Shown piece by piece: positions 48,074 to 60,942 of a DNA stretch of 64,000 nucleotides. Where the stretch lies: positions 23,520 to 87,519 of the forward strand of contig CAXULY010000022.1 of assembly GCA_964252075.1 (NCBI GenBank), in the 5' to 3' direction. The position numbers and the translations under genes were made by a program. Source of the DNA: an uncultured Deinococcaceae bacterium (lineage in GTDB: Bacteria > Deinococcota > Deinococci > Deinococcales > Deinococcaceae). The first letter of the stretch is position 1; every line of letters begins with the position of its first letter. The notes under the pieces were generated by a model that saw only the letters and a list, made by a program, of their open reading frames with translations, was not told the origin of the DNA and ran no database searches.

Positions 48074-48619
48074 TCAGCGGCCCAGGCGACGCGCCTCGGC
48101 CCCGGCGTGCAGCAGCAGGTACCGCAACCACCCGCGCGCGCTCAGCGCGCCCAGGCTGTTGTGCCTGGCGCGCACCCCCGCATCTGGCGGGTGCAACCCC
48201 AGCGTCCGCGCGAGGGCGGCGGTGCGGGCGCGGGTGTGCCCGAACTCAGCCGCGAGGGGCTTCAGGCCCAGCGACTCGTCCGGACGGTACGCGCGGTAGC
48301 CGTCCGTGGGCACCTCACCACCGTCCATCAGGGCCTGAAGCCGCGCCTGCCCCCACGCCTCGATGCCGATGATGTGGCGCAGCACCTCCCAGTTGCGTGG
48401 GGTGTCCGGCAGGGCGTCCAGGCGCGCGAGCAGGCCCTCGCCCTGGCGTTCCAGCCGCTGCGCGAGCGCGGCGTAGGTCTGCCCATCCGAGGGGCGCTCC
48501 AGCACGCGCTCCACCAGCAGCGCCTTCAGTTCCTCGCGCCGCTGGCGCGCGATCAGCACACTGACACCCACAGCTGAGAGGCCAAGCAGGAGCGGCCACC
48601 AGCGCTTCATGAAAGACAT
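48074..48619 (-). CDS. Membrane-anchored DinB-like protein
   Basis: N-terminal [11 protein letters not shown] and HN..G.LS.RGWL.YL..H motifs. Confidence 0.65.
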   Translation of the reverse strand: MSFMKRWWPLLLGLSAVGVSVLIARQRREELKALLVERVLERPSDGQTYAALAQRLERQGEGLLARLDALPDTPRNWEVLRHIIGIEAWGQARLQALMDGGEVPTDGYRAYRPDESLGLKPLAAEFGHTRARTAALARTLGLHPPDAGVRARHNSLGALSARGWLRYLLLHAGAEARRLGR

Positions 48620-48722
48620 GACACCGAGTGTACCGGACGCCAGAAGCGGCCGGGCCCGCAAGCATGGCGGTGCGGACAGGCGTCCCAGACGCGCGGGGAA
48701 AACCCAAGTATATTGATCGGGT

Positions 48723-48959
48723 ATGGCCGAAGATCTCGTGCTCAGTCAGCTGAACCCCGGCCAGAGTGCGCACGTGGTGGGCATTGCGCCCGGCCACCCG
48801 CTGCGCCGACGTCTGATGGAGCTGGGGCTCGTGCGCGGCGCGCGCGTCACCGTGGTGCGCCGCGCGCCCCTGGGCGACCCCCTGGAACTGCAGGTCGGGC
48901 AGAGCCTGCTGGCGCTGCGCGCGCAGGACCTCAGCGCCATCACTGTGAGGCTCCCGTGA
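48723..48959 (+). CDS. feoA: Ferrous iron transport protein A
   Basis: RRLMELG..G, APLGDP and LALR motifs. Confidence 0.93.
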   Translation: MAEDLVLSQLNPGQSAHVVGIAPGHPLRRRLMELGLVRGARVTVVRRAPLGDPLELQVGQSLLALRAQDLSAITVRLP

Positions 48960-51184
48960 CCAGTGGCACCCGCCGTCGCACGCCCACGCCCGCCAGCGAT
49001 CCCGCCTGCCAGGACACCGTCGCGCGGCTCGAAGCGCAGCACGAACCGCGCGTCCTGATCGTGGGGAACCCGAACGTCGGCAAGACCACCCTCGTGAACG
49101 CCCTCGCGGGCACGCACCTGAAAGTCGGGAACTGGGCGGGCGTCACCGTCGAGAAACGCGAGGCGGCCCTCACCTTCGAAGGACAGCGCCTGCACCTGCT
49201 GGACCTCCCCGGCGCGTACTCCCTGAGCCCCCAGACGCCCGAGGAACTCATCACCCGCAAGGCGCTCCTCGACGAGGCGCCGGACCTCATCCTGAACGTG
49301 CTGGACGCCGGGAACCTCGAACGCAACCTGTACCTCACGCTGCAACTCTTGGACCTGGGCGTGCCCATGGTGCTCGCGCTGAACCTCGTGGACGAGGCGC
49401 GCGAGCGCGGCGTGCGGGTAGACGCGGCCGCCCTGGCGCGCGCCCTCGGCGTGCCGGTCGTGGAGACGGTCGCCAGCCGCGGCCAGGGCCGCGCGGACCT
49501 GCTGCGCGCCCTGGTGGTGGGCGCGCCGCGCGGCGCGCCCACCACCTACCCCCCCACCCTGGAGGACGCCGTCACGGACCTCGGCGCGCGCATGGAGGCC
49601 CTGCCGACCCTCCCGAAGCACGCGCGGCGCCACCTCGCCCTCGCCCTCCTCGAAGGGGACCCCAGCTTGCGCGGGCGCCTCACCGCGACCGGCCACGCAC
49701 CCCTCTTGGACGCCGCCGACGCGCACCTCGCGGCGCTCGAAACGGACGGCATCGAACCGCTCATCGAGATCGCCGAGGCCCGCTACGCCAAGGCCAGCGA
49801 ACTCGCCGCCCTCGCCGCGCCCGTGGTCGCCGCGCGCCAGACCCTCACGGACCGCCTCGACCGCATCGCGCTCAGCCCCTGGCTGGGCATCCCGGTGTTC
49901 CTCGCGCTGGTTCTGCTGGTGTTCCGCCTGACCTTCACCGTCGCGAGCCCCTTCGTGGACCTGATTGGCGGCCCGCTGCAGGAGGTCGCGAGCGGCTGGG
50001 CCACCAGCGCCCTCGCGTGGGCCCCCAACGCCCTGCGGGAACTCGTGGTGGGCGCGATTATCCCCGGGGTCGGCACCGTTCTGAGCTTCCTGCCCACCCT
50101 GCTGGTGCTGTACCTCGCCATGAGCTTCCTGGAGGACAGCGGGTACATGGCGCGCGCCGCCTTCCTCGCGGACCGCGCCATGCGGGCGCTCGGGCTGGAC
50201 GGCAAGGCCTTCATTCCCCTGATCCTGGGTTTCGGCTGCAACGTGCCCGCCGTGTACGCCACCCGCACCCTGGAGCGCCGCAGCGACCGGGTGCTGGTCA
50301 GCATGATCCTGCCGTTCATGAGCTGCTCCGCGCGCCTCCCCGTGTACGTGATTTTCGCCGCGGCGCTCTTCCCGAAAGCCGGGAGCTGGCTGGTGTGGGG
50401 CCTATACCTGCTCGGCATTCTGGTGGCCTTCGCCTTCGCGTGGGCGCTGCGCAAGACCTCGCTGCCCAGCGAGGGCAGCAGCGTCATGCTGGAACTCCCC
50501 CCGTACCGCCTCCCCAGCGCGAAGGTGCTGTGGCGCCACGCGTGGCGGCGCACCGCGTCCTTCGCGCGGCGCGCGCGCACCACCGTGCTCGCCACGGTCA
50601 TCGCGGTGTGGGCGCTGCTCAGCATTCCCGCCGTGACGGGCGCGGGCCTCTTCACGGTTAAGCCGCAGGACAGCCTCTTCGGGTCGGTCAGCCGCGCGGT
50701 CAGCCCCATCTTCGCGCCGCTCGGCTTCGGAAACTGGCAGGCGACCGGCGCGCTCGTACCGGGCTTCATCGCGAAGGAAGTCGTGGTCGGCACGCTCGGC
50801 CAGATTTACCTCGGCGAGCAGGGCGCGAAGCCCACCGCGCTCGGCTTCACGGCGGGCCTCACGACCGCCGCGGCCGGCACCTGGGACGCCGTGAAGACCA
50901 GCGTGAGCGCCGTACCCACCGTCCTCGCCCTCCCGAGCCTGACGGCCGCGCCCGGCGCCGAAGTGAAAAGCCCCCTCGCGCGGGCCCTCTCGAAGGCCTT
51001 CACGCCCGCCGCCGGGCTCGCGTATCTGGTGTTCGTGCTGCTGTACACGCCCTGCGTCGCCACCGTGGGCGCCATCGCCGCGGAGCACGGGCGGCGCGTG
51101 GCGTGGATCACCGTCGCGTACCAGCTGGGCGCCGCGTGGCTGATGGGCCTCATCGCGTACCAGATCGCGAGGCTCCTGCTGTGA
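48956..51184 (+). CDS. feoB: Ferrous iron transport protein B
   Basis: [28 protein letters not shown] and PFMSCSAR motifs. Confidence 0.96.
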   Translation: MTSGTRRRTPTPASDPACQDTVARLEAQHEPRVLIVGNPNVGKTTLVNALAGTHLKVGNWAGVTVEKREAALTFEGQRLHLLDLPGAYSLSPQTPEELITRKALLDEAPDLILNVLDAGNLERNLYLTLQLLDLGVPMVLALNLVDEARERGVRVDAAALARALGVPVVETVASRGQGRADLLRALVVGAPRGAPTTYPPTLEDAVTDLGARMEALPTLPKHARRHLALALLEGDPSLRGRLTATGHAPLLDAADAHLAALETDGIEPLIEIAEARYAKASELAALAAPVVAARQTLTDRLDRIALSPWLGIPVFLALVLLVFRLTFTVASPFVDLIGGPLQEVASGWATSALAWAPNALRELVVGAIIPGVGTVLSFLPTLLVLYLAMSFLEDSGYMARAAFLADRAMRALGLDGKAFIPLILGFGCNVPAVYATRTLERRSDRVLVSMILPFMSCSARLPVYVIFAAALFPKAGSWLVWGLYLLGILVAFAFAWALRKTSLPSEGSSVMLELPPYRLPSAKVLWRHAWRRTASFARRARTTVLATVIAVWALLSIPAVTGAGLFTVKPQDSLFGSVSRAVSPIFAPLGFGNWQATGALVPGFIAKEVVVGTLGQIYLGEQGAKPTALGFTAGLTTAAAGTWDAVKTSVSAVPTVLALPSLTAAPGAEVKSPLARALSKAFTPAAGLAYLVFVLLYTPCVATVGAIAAEHGRRVAWITVAYQLGAAWLMGLIAYQIARLLL

Positions 51185-51477
51185 CGCGCCCCCTCGCCCT
51201 GATCCTCGAAGCGGTCGGCCGCCACCCACGCACCCTCGCGGAACTCGCCCGGGAACTGAACAGCGCGCCCGAAGCCATCCAGGGCATGCTGTTCACCCTC
51301 CGCTCCGGCGGGTACGTGCAGGACGCGCAGCAGGGCCAGGGCGACTGCGCCTGCACCGGCTGCAGCCTCAAGAGCCTGTGCCGCAACGCGGACGACGCCA
51401 CCCCGCACCTGCACCTGCTGCGCCTCACCGAGCGCGGCGAAGCCTACCTGCGCCGCGCCCGCCCCACCCCCGCATGA
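51181..51477 (+). CDS. FeoC-like winged-helix protein with Cys cluster
   Basis: wHTH plus CACTGC....C; GTGA-coupled to feoB. Confidence 0.75.
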   Translation: MTRPLALILEAVGRHPRTLAELARELNSAPEAIQGMLFTLRSGGYVQDAQQGQGDCACTGCSLKSLCRNADDATPHLHLLRLTERGEAYLRRARPTPA

Positions 51478-52217
51478 CCGCCGCGCCCACCCTGTCACCG
51501 CGGCCCGAACTGGTGTTCACGCACCCGGCCTTTTACGTCGCGAACAAGCCGCCCATGTGGCTCAGCCACCCGGTGAACAGCCCGCACGTCGTGCCGGACA
51601 TCCTCACGGACCTCCGCGAGCGCCTCGCGGAACCCGCCCTCGGGCCCCCGCACCGCCTCGACCGCGAGACGAGCGGCGCCATGCTCTTCACCCGCACGCC
51701 CGAAGCTGCGCGGCGCTTCTTCACGCTCTTCAAGCAGCACATGGTCGCCAAGACGTACCTCGCCATCGTGCGCGGCGCGCCCGACTGGGACGAGACGACG
51801 CTCGACGCGCCTCTCGGCGCGCTCGGGGTGGGCGGCGGCAACACCATCCGCGCGCGGCAGGGCGTCGTGCCGGACGGACGACCCGCCATCACACGCTTCA
51901 GGGTGCTGGAGCGCCGCGCCGGCCACACCCTCATCGAGGCGAGCCCCCGCACGGGCCGCATGCACCAGATCCGCGCGCACCTCTCGCACCTCGGCCTGCC
52001 CCTCGTGGGCGACAAGGTGTACGGCGGCCACCCCGACAGCTACCTGGAATTCATTCAGGAGGGCGTCACGCCGCACATCCTCGCGCGGCTCGGCCACGGC
52101 CGCCAGGCACTGCACGCCGCGCGGCTCGCCTTCCCGTACGGCGGCGAGCAGTTCCGCATTGACGTGCCGCTCGCGGCGGACCTCCAAGCGTACTGGGACG
52201 CGCTCGACGCAGGGTGA
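51474..52217 (+). CDS. RluA-family pseudouridine synthase (no S4 domain)
   Basis: [12 protein letters not shown] and GRMHQIRAH motifs. Confidence 0.9.
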   Translation: MTAAPTLSPRPELVFTHPAFYVANKPPMWLSHPVNSPHVVPDILTDLRERLAEPALGPPHRLDRETSGAMLFTRTPEAARRFFTLFKQHMVAKTYLAIVRGAPDWDETTLDAPLGALGVGGGNTIRARQGVVPDGRPAITRFRVLERRAGHTLIEASPRTGRMHQIRAHLSHLGLPLVGDKVYGGHPDSYLEFIQEGVTPHILARLGHGRQALHAARLAFPYGGEQFRIDVPLAADLQAYWDALDAG

Positions 52218-52433
52218 CCGCCCTCGTTGCGGACGCCTGATGTTCTGGCGAGGCGACGAACCGCGGCATGCTTGGTGCGGGGAACACATTCCCGGAAGGG
52301 GTGGGAAGCGAGGCTAGGCTGCGCAGGCCAGTGGTGAGGAGATGCGCCTTCCCATTCGACCGCGCGTGGAAAGCCACGGAGGGGAGGGCTTGGGGTCGCG
52401 CGCCGCCTTCGCGCTGGCCCCACTCCGCGGGTT

Positions 52434-55325
52434 CTACCCTGGGAGGGTGAACTTCAGTTCGCTGCCCTGGCCGGGCGCGCTGTCCACATCCAGGCTGCCG
52501 CCCGCCAGTTCGATGCGCTCCCGCAGGCCAAGCAGGCCCAGGTGGCCGCGCGCCGCCATGTTCTGGTGCTGGTTCGTCTCGAAGCCCTGACCGTCGTCCT
52601 GCACGCTCAGCTCCACGGCGTGATCGCCGTACGTGACGCGCACGGCGGCGCTGCTCGCGCGCGCGTGCTTGTCCACGTTCGTGAGGGCTTCTTGCACCAC
52701 GCGGAACACCGTGAGTTCCGCGTCCGACCGCAGGCGCCGCTCGCTGCCGCGCACCTCCACGCGCGTCGGCGTGGCCGCCTGGCCCGCCAGCCACTCCAGC
52801 GCGGGCAGCAGGCCCAGGTCGTCCAGCACGCTGGGGCGCAGGTTCCGTGCGAAGCGCCGCACGGACGCGATGGCGGCGTTCAGGTCCGCGCGGATGTCCT
52901 CCGCGCGGTCCTTCAGGTCCCCGTTCAGTTCGCGGGTGAGGCGGTCAATGCGCCGCCCGATCGCGACGAGCACCTGCGCGGTGTCGTCGTGCAGTTCGCG
53001 CGAGATGCGCCCGCGCTCCTCTTCCTGCGCCTGCGTGAACAGCGACAGGAAGGTGCGGAGCTCCACTTGCCGGGCGGAGGCCTGCTCCAGCGCCTGCCCG
53101 CGCCGCGCGATCTCGTCCGCGAGGGTGCTGAGTTCCGAGATGTCGCGCGCCACAACCAGCATGCCCGTCACCTCCCGCTCGCGCGCGACGGCGCTGAGGC
53201 GCAGCTCCAGCCGCACGCCGCCCGCGAGGCCCACCACCTCGATCTCGCAACTCCCAGATTTTTTCGGGTGCGCGAGGCAATCGTTCCACGCCGCGAGGAG
53301 CGGCGCGCGCCACGGCGCGTCCGGCAGGTCCAGCAGGGAGCGCCCGGCGAGCTCCCCGAGCAGGCGCGCGCTCGCGGGGTTCGCGTACGTGACGTGCCCG
53401 CCCGGGTCGCACGCGATGATCAGGTCGTGCGCGCCCTCCGCGAGCTGCCGGTAGCGCGCCTCCTCGCGCTCCAGCGCCTCCAGCAGCTGCTCGCGGGACA
53501 GCGCCAGGGACACCTGATCCGCGATGGCGCGTGACATCTGCAGGGTGCGGTCGGACGCGGCCTCCTCGCGCGCGTGGTCGGCGTACAGCAGCCCGAAGGT
53601 GCGCTCGCCGCTGCGCAGCGGCACCACGAGGCCGCTCGCCGCGCCGTCCAGGCAGTGGCGGCGCGTGAGGCGCCGGGGGCCGCGCCCCATCTGCCGCACC
53701 AGGGACAGCAGGTCCGCCTCCGAGGCGCGCAGGTGGTGCGTGGCGACCTCGCTCGGCTCGCCGTCCTGCAGCACCACGATGAGGCCCCGCTCGGCGTTCA
53801 TGGCGGCCACTGCGAGTTCGGTGACCTGCGCGAGCGCGCCGGGCGCGCGGTTCTGCCCGAGCAGGCGCGACACCTGCACCAGCACCGCGGACTCCCGCTC
53901 GCGCCGCACCTCCTCCTCGAAGAGGCGCGCGTTGTCAATCGCGAGGCTCGCCTGCGCGGCCAGCACCTCCGCGAGCGCGAGGTCCCCCTGGTCGAGCGCG
54001 AGCGGAACCTTGAAGTACACCACGAGCCCCCCGAAGGTCTGCCCGCGCGCGCTGAGCGGCAGGCCCATCACGCCCTTGAAAGGGTACTGACCGCTCGCGA
54101 GGAGCTGCCGCGTGTAGCGCGAGCCGAGCTCCACGCGCTCGGTCTGCATGTCGCGCACCGTGACGCTCTGCCCACGCTCCACGGCCTTCCCGACCACACC
54201 CGTCCCGAGGCGCGCGCGGGCGCGCAGCACGTACTCGGTGGGGAGGCCCAGCGCGCTGCGGATCGCGAGCGTGCGGCCGTCCGGCAGCAGCTCGTACACC
54301 GCGCAGGCGTCCGCGCCGAGCAGGCGCGCGGCGTACTCCAGCAGGCGCTCCAGGGTGTCCGCGAGGCGCAGGCTGCCGGACAGCGCCTGCCCCACCTCGC
54401 GCAGCGCCTCGGCCGTGCGGCGCTTGCGGAGTTCCTCGGCGTACAGGCGCGCGTTGTCAATGGCGAGGCTGGCCTGCTCCGCGAGCGCGAGCGCCACCCA
54501 CACCTCGTCGTCGCTGAGGCGCGCGCCGGGCAGGGTGGTGTCCACGTACAGCACGCCCAGCGGGCGTCCGCGCGCGGCGAGCGGCGCGATCAGGCAGCGC
54601 TCCGGACTGAGTTCTGCGAGGCCGTGCGCGAGGGGAGAACCCACGTCCCGCGTGCGGTCGTACAGGATCGCCTCGCCGCGCATCAGGAGCCGCTCGAAGC
54701 TCTCCGGGCCCACCCCGATGCCGCCCGCGAAGTCTTCGGTGAAGCCGTAGGTGTACACCTCGTCGGTGCGCGCGCCGTGCGGCCCGAACTCCTTGAAGAG
54801 CCCCACGAAGGCCCGCTGGAAGCCCACCGCGCGCGCCGCGGATTCCGCTGTGGCGGTCAGCACCTCCCCGAGGTCCAGCGAGCCGCCCAGGCGCCGCACG
54901 AGGTTCGCGACGACCTCCGCGACGCGCCCCCGCCCGCGCCGCGCCTCGCGCGCCAGCACGCCCTCCAGCGCCAGCGCGAGCAGCGGCGCGAGTTCCGCGA
55001 GGGTCTGCAGGCCCTCCTCGCGCGCGCCCACCAGTTCCAGCACGCCGCGCCCCGCGCCGAGCGCGCTGAGGGAACCGTCGTGCCGCAGGTCGCGCGCCGC
55101 GAGCGCCGCGAGGGCGAGCGTGCCGTCCGCCAGCGCGAGGCCGCGGCCCACCTCCGCCAGCACCTCCAGGCCGTTCTCCCGCCCCAGGCTGAACTGCGCG
55201 CCGTGCGCGCGCGCCGCGTCCAGCGCGTAGTCGCACAGCGCCGCCGCGAAGTCCTGGGCGGTCTGGGCCTCGCTGAGCGCCTGAATCCAGTTCGGCGCCG
55301 AAGGGACAGGTGGAGCTTCGGTCAT
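52434..55325 (-). CDS. Multi-GAF/PAS sensor histidine kinase (HisKA_3)
   Basis: GAF repeats ([11 protein letters not shown]), PAS domain, RELHDD H-box, DDGQGF and G.LGLRER motifs. Confidence 0.92.
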   Translation of the reverse strand: MTEAPPVPSAPNWIQALSEAQTAQDFAAALCDYALDAARAHGAQFSLGRENGLEVLAEVGRGLALADGTLALAALAARDLRHDGSLSALGAGRGVLELVGAREEGLQTLAELAPLLALALEGVLAREARRGRGRVAEVVANLVRRLGGSLDLGEVLTATAESAARAVGFQRAFVGLFKEFGPHGARTDEVYTYGFTEDFAGGIGVGPESFERLLMRGEAILYDRTRDVGSPLAHGLAELSPERCLIAPLAARGRPLGVLYVDTTLPGARLSDDEVWVALALAEQASLAIDNARLYAEELRKRRTAEALREVGQALSGSLRLADTLERLLEYAARLLGADACAVYELLPDGRTLAIRSALGLPTEYVLRARARLGTGVVGKAVERGQSVTVRDMQTERVELGSRYTRQLLASGQYPFKGVMGLPLSARGQTFGGLVVYFKVPLALDQGDLALAEVLAAQASLAIDNARLFEEEVRRERESAVLVQVSRLLGQNRAPGALAQVTELAVAAMNAERGLIVVLQDGEPSEVATHHLRASEADLLSLVRQMGRGPRRLTRRHCLDGAASGLVVPLRSGERTFGLLYADHAREEAASDRTLQMSRAIADQVSLALSREQLLEALEREEARYRQLAEGAHDLIIACDPGGHVTYANPASARLLGELAGRSLLDLPDAPWRAPLLAAWNDCLAHPKKSGSCEIEVVGLAGGVRLELRLSAVAREREVTGMLVVARDISELSTLADEIARRGQALEQASARQVELRTFLSLFTQAQEEERGRISRELHDDTAQVLVAIGRRIDRLTRELNGDLKDRAEDIRADLNAAIASVRRFARNLRPSVLDDLGLLPALEWLAGQAATPTRVEVRGSERRLRSDAELTVFRVVQEALTNVDKHARASSAAVRVTYGDHAVELSVQDDGQGFETNQHQNMAARGHLGLLGLRERIELAGGSLDVDSAPGQGSELKFTLPG

Positions 55326-55367
55326 GCGGTTCCCTTTAGGATAGCGGGGCGGGCGCCGCGCTGCACG

Positions 55368-56039
55368 TCACTCCACGGCGTTCGGGTCGATCCACCCGCG
55401 CTTGATGCCGTACAGCACCGCCTCCGTGCGGCTCCCCACCCCCAGCTTCGAGAAGATGTTCGCGAGGTGCACCTGCACGGTGCGCGGGCTGATCGCGAGG
55501 TCCCGCGCGATCTCCTTGTTCGTGCGGCCCGTTGCGGCGATGCGCAGCACCTCCAGCTCGCGCGGGCTGAGGCTCTCCTCGGGCGGGCTGGGCGTCTGGT
55601 GCGTGCTGAAGCGCGCCAGCACCTTGCGCGCCACGGTGGGGTCGAGGGCGCTCTCGCCCGCCGCGACGGCCCGCACGGCGTTCAGCAGTTCGTCCTCGCG
55701 GGCGTTCTTCAGGAGGTACCCGGCGGCGCCCGCCTCCAGCAGCGCGAACACGTAGGCGTCGTCGTCGTAACTGGTGAGGACCAGCACCCCGATGCCGCCG
55801 TGCTCCGCCTTGATGCGCCGCGTCGCCTCGATGCCGTTCATGCCGGGCATGGAGACGTCCATGAGGATCACGTCGGGCGTCAGGGCGCGCGCCTGCAGGA
55901 TGGCGGCCTCGCCGCTGTCGGCCTCGCCCACCACCTCGAAGTCAGGTTCGCCCTCCAGCAGGTCGCGGGTGCCCTTGCGGACGACGGGGTGGTCGTCCAC
56001 CAGCAGCAGACGGATGGTCTCGGAGGCCTCGGCATTCAT
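55368..56039 (-). CDS. NarL/LuxR-family response regulator
   Basis: VDDH, MDVSMP and [17 protein letters not shown] motifs. Confidence 0.95.
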   Translation of the reverse strand: MNAEASETIRLLLVDDHPVVRKGTRDLLEGEPDFEVVGEADSGEAAILQARALTPDVILMDVSMPGMNGIEATRRIKAEHGGIGVLVLTSYDDDAYVFALLEAGAAGYLLKNAREDELLNAVRAVAAGESALDPTVARKVLARFSTHQTPSPPEESLSPRELEVLRIAATGRTNKEIARDLAISPRTVQVHLANIFSKLGVGSRTEAVLYGIKRGWIDPNAVE

Positions 56040-56118
56040 GCGGTCAGTGTACCGAGCGCGCGCGCGCAACGCGAACGGGGCGGGCCGCACCGACCCGCCC
56101 CGCGTGGTCCCGCTGGGT

Positions 56119-56718
56119 TCAGTGGCCGTCGCGTCCGCTGCGTTCGCTCACGAGGCGACCGCCGCCCGACACGTCCTCCAGGCGCAGCGCGCCGCTTTTC
56201 ACCATGACCTGCAGGGCCTCGTCGGCCTTGCTGCCCTGCTGGTTGCGCGCCACGACCAGCACCAGGCCGCGCTTCACGCCGTCCCAGTAGCGCTCCGCGA
56301 CGGCGGCGGGCATGCCGAACTGCCGCATGAGCTTCACATAGTCACCGTGATCGCTGCCCGTGAGCGCCCCGAAGAAGAGCCCCATCAGGGCGCCGCCGAT
56401 CACGCCGAACAGCACGCCGTACACACCGCCCAGGCTGTAGATGCGGGTGGAGGGAATCGCGAGGAGCAGCAGCCAGATGGGGACCGTGATGGCGAGGCCG
56501 CCCAGGATGCCCAGCCAGATGCCGCGCAGGATGGTGGCGGACGTGTTGGGCGCGCCCTCCTCGGGCGAAATCCCGGTTTCCTGAGCGAGCGTCAGTTCCG
56601 CCACGTTGTCAATCATGGTGAAGCCGAGGTGCTCGCGGGAGAAGCCTTTGGCCTCCAGGGCCTCCAGGGCCGTCTTGGCGGCGGCGGGTTCACGAAAGAG
56701 GGCAACGACACTTTCCAT
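56119..56718 (-). CDS. General-stress-like membrane protein
   Basis: VVALF...AA..ALEAL..KGF N-terminus and Gly-rich TM segments. Confidence 0.65.
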   Translation of the reverse strand: MESVVALFREPAAAKTALEALEAKGFSREHLGFTMIDNVAELTLAQETGISPEEGAPNTSATILRGIWLGILGGLAITVPIWLLLLAIPSTRIYSLGGVYGVLFGVIGGALMGLFFGALTGSDHGDYVKLMRQFGMPAAVAERYWDGVKRGLVLVVARNQQGSKADEALQVMVKSGALRLEDVSGGGRLVSERSGRDGH

Positions 56719-56805
56719 TTCCAGCAATTAAAGCACGTTCCGGGCAGGCGCCACCAGGGACAAAGCAGCCACACATGCCCGGAAAAGCTTGAGGAAAGCC
56801 TCCCC

Positions 56806-58602
56806 TCAGCGCGACTGGCGGTAGAAGTTCTCGATGCCCAGCGCGATCGCCTGCGCGAAACGGTCCTTGCCGGACTCACTCATGAGCGTGCGGAGGTTCT
56901 GCGGGTCGGTCATGAAGGCCGTCTCCACCAGCACCGAGAGCTGCGTGCTGGGGCGCGTCAGGGCGAGGTTCTGGTAGTGCGCGCCGTCTATGCCGACGTC
57001 CGGCAGGGTGCGCGCCACGGACGCCAGGATGCTGTCCACCAGGGGCCGCGCCTGCGGCAGGTAGTAGTACGCGCCCGTCCCGCGCGATTTGCTGGGGTCC
57101 GCGCCATCCGGCAGGGCGTTCGTGTGCACCGACACCAGCAGTTCCGCGCCCTGCGTCTCCGCGAGCAGGTCTCGGCTGTACAGGTCGAGCGTCACGTCCT
57201 TCTCCCGCGTGAGGTTCACGGTGGCGCCCAGCGCGCGCAGCCGCGCCGCGAGCTTCTGCGCGATGGCGAGCGTGATGTCCTTCTCGTTCACGCGCAGGGC
57301 GCCCGCCGCGCCGCCCTCCGTGCCGCCGTGCCCCGGGTCGATCAGGATGGTGTGCCCCGCGAGGGGCCGCGAGGCCGCGATGACGGGCGGGCGCTTCACG
57401 CGCAGCACCAGGGTGTTCCCCTCGTACGTCGCGTCGTACCCCCACTGCTGCTTGCCCTTCAGGTCCACGCGCAGGCGCACCACGCCGTCCTGCTCCTGCA
57501 CCCAGTGCACGTCCCGCACGACGGGGTCAGGGCTGGCGCTCACGATGTAATCCACGTCGCTGCGCGCGTGGTACAACCGCAGGTCGAGGTGCTGGTCGCC
57601 CGCCGCCGCCGTCTGCTCGATCGTGAACGGCAGGCGCTCGGGCAGCTCCACGCGCACCTCCGCATGGGTGGGCGTCACGCGCGTCGTGACCTGCGTGAAG
57701 ATCGCGTCCGGCAGGGGCGTCCCCACGGGCAGCAGGCGCAGCTGGTCCTTCGGGATGTTCACGGTCTGCACGCCACCCAGGCGCGCGAGGTAAGTGTTGC
57801 CCTCCTCGCCGATCACGACGGTCTTCACGCCCGTGCGGGGGAACACGATGTAGTTGCGGCCCGCGCCGTTGCGCCACACGTACGTGCCAGCGTTCAGACC
57901 GCGACCCGCGATGTCCGCCGTCTCGATGCCCACGCGCGGCGCGCCGTCCGCGGCGCTCACGGTGCCTTTCGCGGTGGCGGTGACGGTCGCACCGTCCGCG
58001 CCCTTCAGGCTCACCGTGATGGGCGCCGCCTCCAGCCGGTCGGCGGGCTGCAGCACGTAACTGCCCTCGTACACGCCGCCCAGGCTGGCGGGGTCGCTGC
58101 CGGGGTCGTCGGCGGCGGTGCGCTCCACCATGGAGAACGGCCCGAGGCTCCCCAGCCTGAAGCTCGCCTGCCCGCCCGGCGAGCCCCTGAAGGTCACGGT
58201 GATGGTGCGGGCCTCCAGGGTGGGTGGCAGCGCGTACAGGCGCTTGCTGCTCGCGGGCGTCACGCTGCCCGCCGCGATGCTGGTGGGGCGCGCGGGGAGC
58301 GCGGTGGGCGGCGCGCTCGTCACGGTGAGGGCGCGGGTGCCCGTCTGCCCGTTCAGGGTGCTGCTCAGGGTCAGGGTGTTCACGCCCGCCCGCAGGGGCT
58401 GCCACAGGATGAACAGGCCGTCCGGCCCGACCGGCGCGGGCTGGCCGTTCACGCTGAGGCTCGCGCCGGCGGGCACGCTGCCCTCCAGCAGCACGTGATC
58501 GAAGGTCACGCTGTACTTGTCGGGCGGGTACGCGACGTACACGTCGGGCGCGGCGGCCAGGGCGGAAAGGCAGAGGAAGGGAAGAACGGCCAGCAGTCGC
58601 AT
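56806..58602 (-). CDS. N-acetylmuramoyl-L-alanine amidase (Amidase_3)
   Basis: Signal peptide; IDPGHGG, EK, SVHTNA and VETAFM motifs. Confidence 0.92.
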   Translation of the reverse strand: MRLLAVLPFLCLSALAAAPDVYVAYPPDKYSVTFDHVLLEGSVPAGASLSVNGQPAPVGPDGLFILWQPLRAGVNTLTLSSTLNGQTGTRALTVTSAPPTALPARPTSIAAGSVTPASSKRLYALPPTLEARTITVTFRGSPGGQASFRLGSLGPFSMVERTAADDPGSDPASLGGVYEGSYVLQPADRLEAAPITVSLKGADGATVTATAKGTVSAADGAPRVGIETADIAGRGLNAGTYVWRNGAGRNYIVFPRTGVKTVVIGEEGNTYLARLGGVQTVNIPKDQLRLLPVGTPLPDAIFTQVTTRVTPTHAEVRVELPERLPFTIEQTAAAGDQHLDLRLYHARSDVDYIVSASPDPVVRDVHWVQEQDGVVRLRVDLKGKQQWGYDATYEGNTLVLRVKRPPVIAASRPLAGHTILIDPGHGGTEGGAAGALRVNEKDITLAIAQKLAARLRALGATVNLTREKDVTLDLYSRDLLAETQGAELLVSVHTNALPDGADPSKSRGTGAYYYLPQARPLVDSILASVARTLPDVGIDGAHYQNLALTRPSTQLSVLVETAFMTDPQNLRTLMSESGKDRFAQAIALGIENFYRQSR

Positions 58603-58717
58603 ACGGCACCTCCGGTGAAGATGCCAGAGCCTAACGGGTCCATGAAGACTCCGCAAGGGCGCGCGGCCACCGCGCTGGCGCGCCCCTCACTTCAGGCGGA
58701 GCGCCGCCCGGCGCCGC

Positions 58718-59134
58718 TCAGAAGCGCGCCTCCAGCCCGATGCCCGCCTGGAACTCGCCGGCGCCCGGGTAGGCGCGCACCGACCAGCGCAGGCCCGCGG
58801 GCCCGATGAGGGGCGTGCGGATGCCCGCCTCGCCGTACAGGTCCGCCCGACTCGTGAACCGGAAGCCCGCGCCCACGAAGGCGTCCGTGTTGGTGAGCGG
58901 CAGGTTCAGGTCCCGCAGGGTGGCGCCCAGGGACGTGACGGCCGTCCCGCCACGGTACGGTCGCGTGAGGCCGCCCTCCAGGCCGAGCGTGCCCACCAGC
59001 GGCAGCGGCAGCACCGCCACGCCCGCGTGCACCCCGAAGCCCTGGGTGGTGAGGTCGCCGCCCACCCACACGGCGGCGGCCCCAGCGGCGGGGGAAAGGG
59101 CGAGGAGGGTCAGGAGGACACGCAGGCGACTCAT
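58718..59134 (-). CDS. Small secreted beta-strand protein, probable outer-membrane barrel
   Basis: Signal peptide, alternating Gly/hydrophobic strands, C-terminal Phe (GLEARF). Confidence 0.6.
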   Translation of the reverse strand: MSRLRVLLTLLALSPAAGAAAVWVGGDLTTQGFGVHAGVAVLPLPLVGTLGLEGGLTRPYRGGTAVTSLGATLRDLNLPLTNTDAFVGAGFRFTSRADLYGEAGIRTPLIGPAGLRWSVRAYPGAGEFQAGIGLEARF

Positions 59135-59238
59135 GCGCCCAGGGTAGGGCGCGGGCATGAGACGCGCGGTGGCGGGTGCGCCGCATGCCCGCGGTGAACC
59201 TCAATCCTCCCGCACCACAACCGGAGGTGCGGGCGGGC

Positions 59239-59883
59239 TCAGGTCAGCGCCGCCATGACCCGCTGCATCACGACGGCTGGCGCGCCGTCCGCATCCACCT
59301 CGCTCACCGTGCCGGGCGGCAGTGCCGCCTCCAGGTGCAGGATGGCGGGCCGCACCTCATGCGCGTACACCCTGAGGCGCTGCTCGATCGCCCCCGGCGT
59401 GTCGTCCGGACGGCCGCGCTGCAGCAGGCGGCGCTGCACCTCCTCATCTGCCAGCCGCAGGTGCAGCACCCGCCGCACGGGCACCTGCGCGTCCGCGAGG
59501 GCCGACAGGAGGTGCCGGGCGGCGCCCACCCGCCGGGGAAAGCCGTCCAGCGCCCAGCGCGCGCCCCGCAGCGCCTCACGGGCGAGCGCCTGCTCCACCA
59601 GCACCTCCGTCCAGGCGTCCGGGATGAGCGCGCCCGCCTGCAGCGCGCGGCGCACCTCACCCAGCGGGTCCGGGTGCGGCTGGCGCGCCATCAGGCGCGC
59701 CGCGAGGTCAGGCGCGGGTGCGTCCACCAGGGCGCGCAAGGTGTCGCCCATCGAGACGTGCCGCTCGATCACGCCGGCGTCCAGCAGGTGCCGCGCGACG
59801 GTGCCCTTGCCGCTGCCCGCCGGACCGAGCAGCAAAAAAACACCCCGCCCAGGGGCGGGGTGCGGGGGTTCGGTGGTGGTCAT
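59239..59883 (-). CDS. Adenylate kinase family protein (short type)
   Basis: GPAGSGKGT, HVSMGD.LR, LDGFPR and RGRPDD motifs. Confidence 0.85.
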   Translation of the reverse strand: MTTTEPPHPAPGRGVFLLLGPAGSGKGTVARHLLDAGVIERHVSMGDTLRALVDAPAPDLAARLMARQPHPDPLGEVRRALQAGALIPDAWTEVLVEQALAREALRGARWALDGFPRRVGAARHLLSALADAQVPVRRVLHLRLADEEVQRRLLQRGRPDDTPGAIEQRLRVYAHEVRPAILHLEAALPPGTVSEVDADGAPAVVMQRVMAALT

Positions 59884-59895
59884 GCCACCTTCACT

Positions 59896-60916
<1,021 letters not shown>

Positions 60917-60942
<26 letters not shown>

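Noticed and set aside
52218..52433. 216-bp gap between convergent genes, considered as a gene remnant or sRNA
   Set aside because: No convincing ORF, motif or RNA family recognisable by eye
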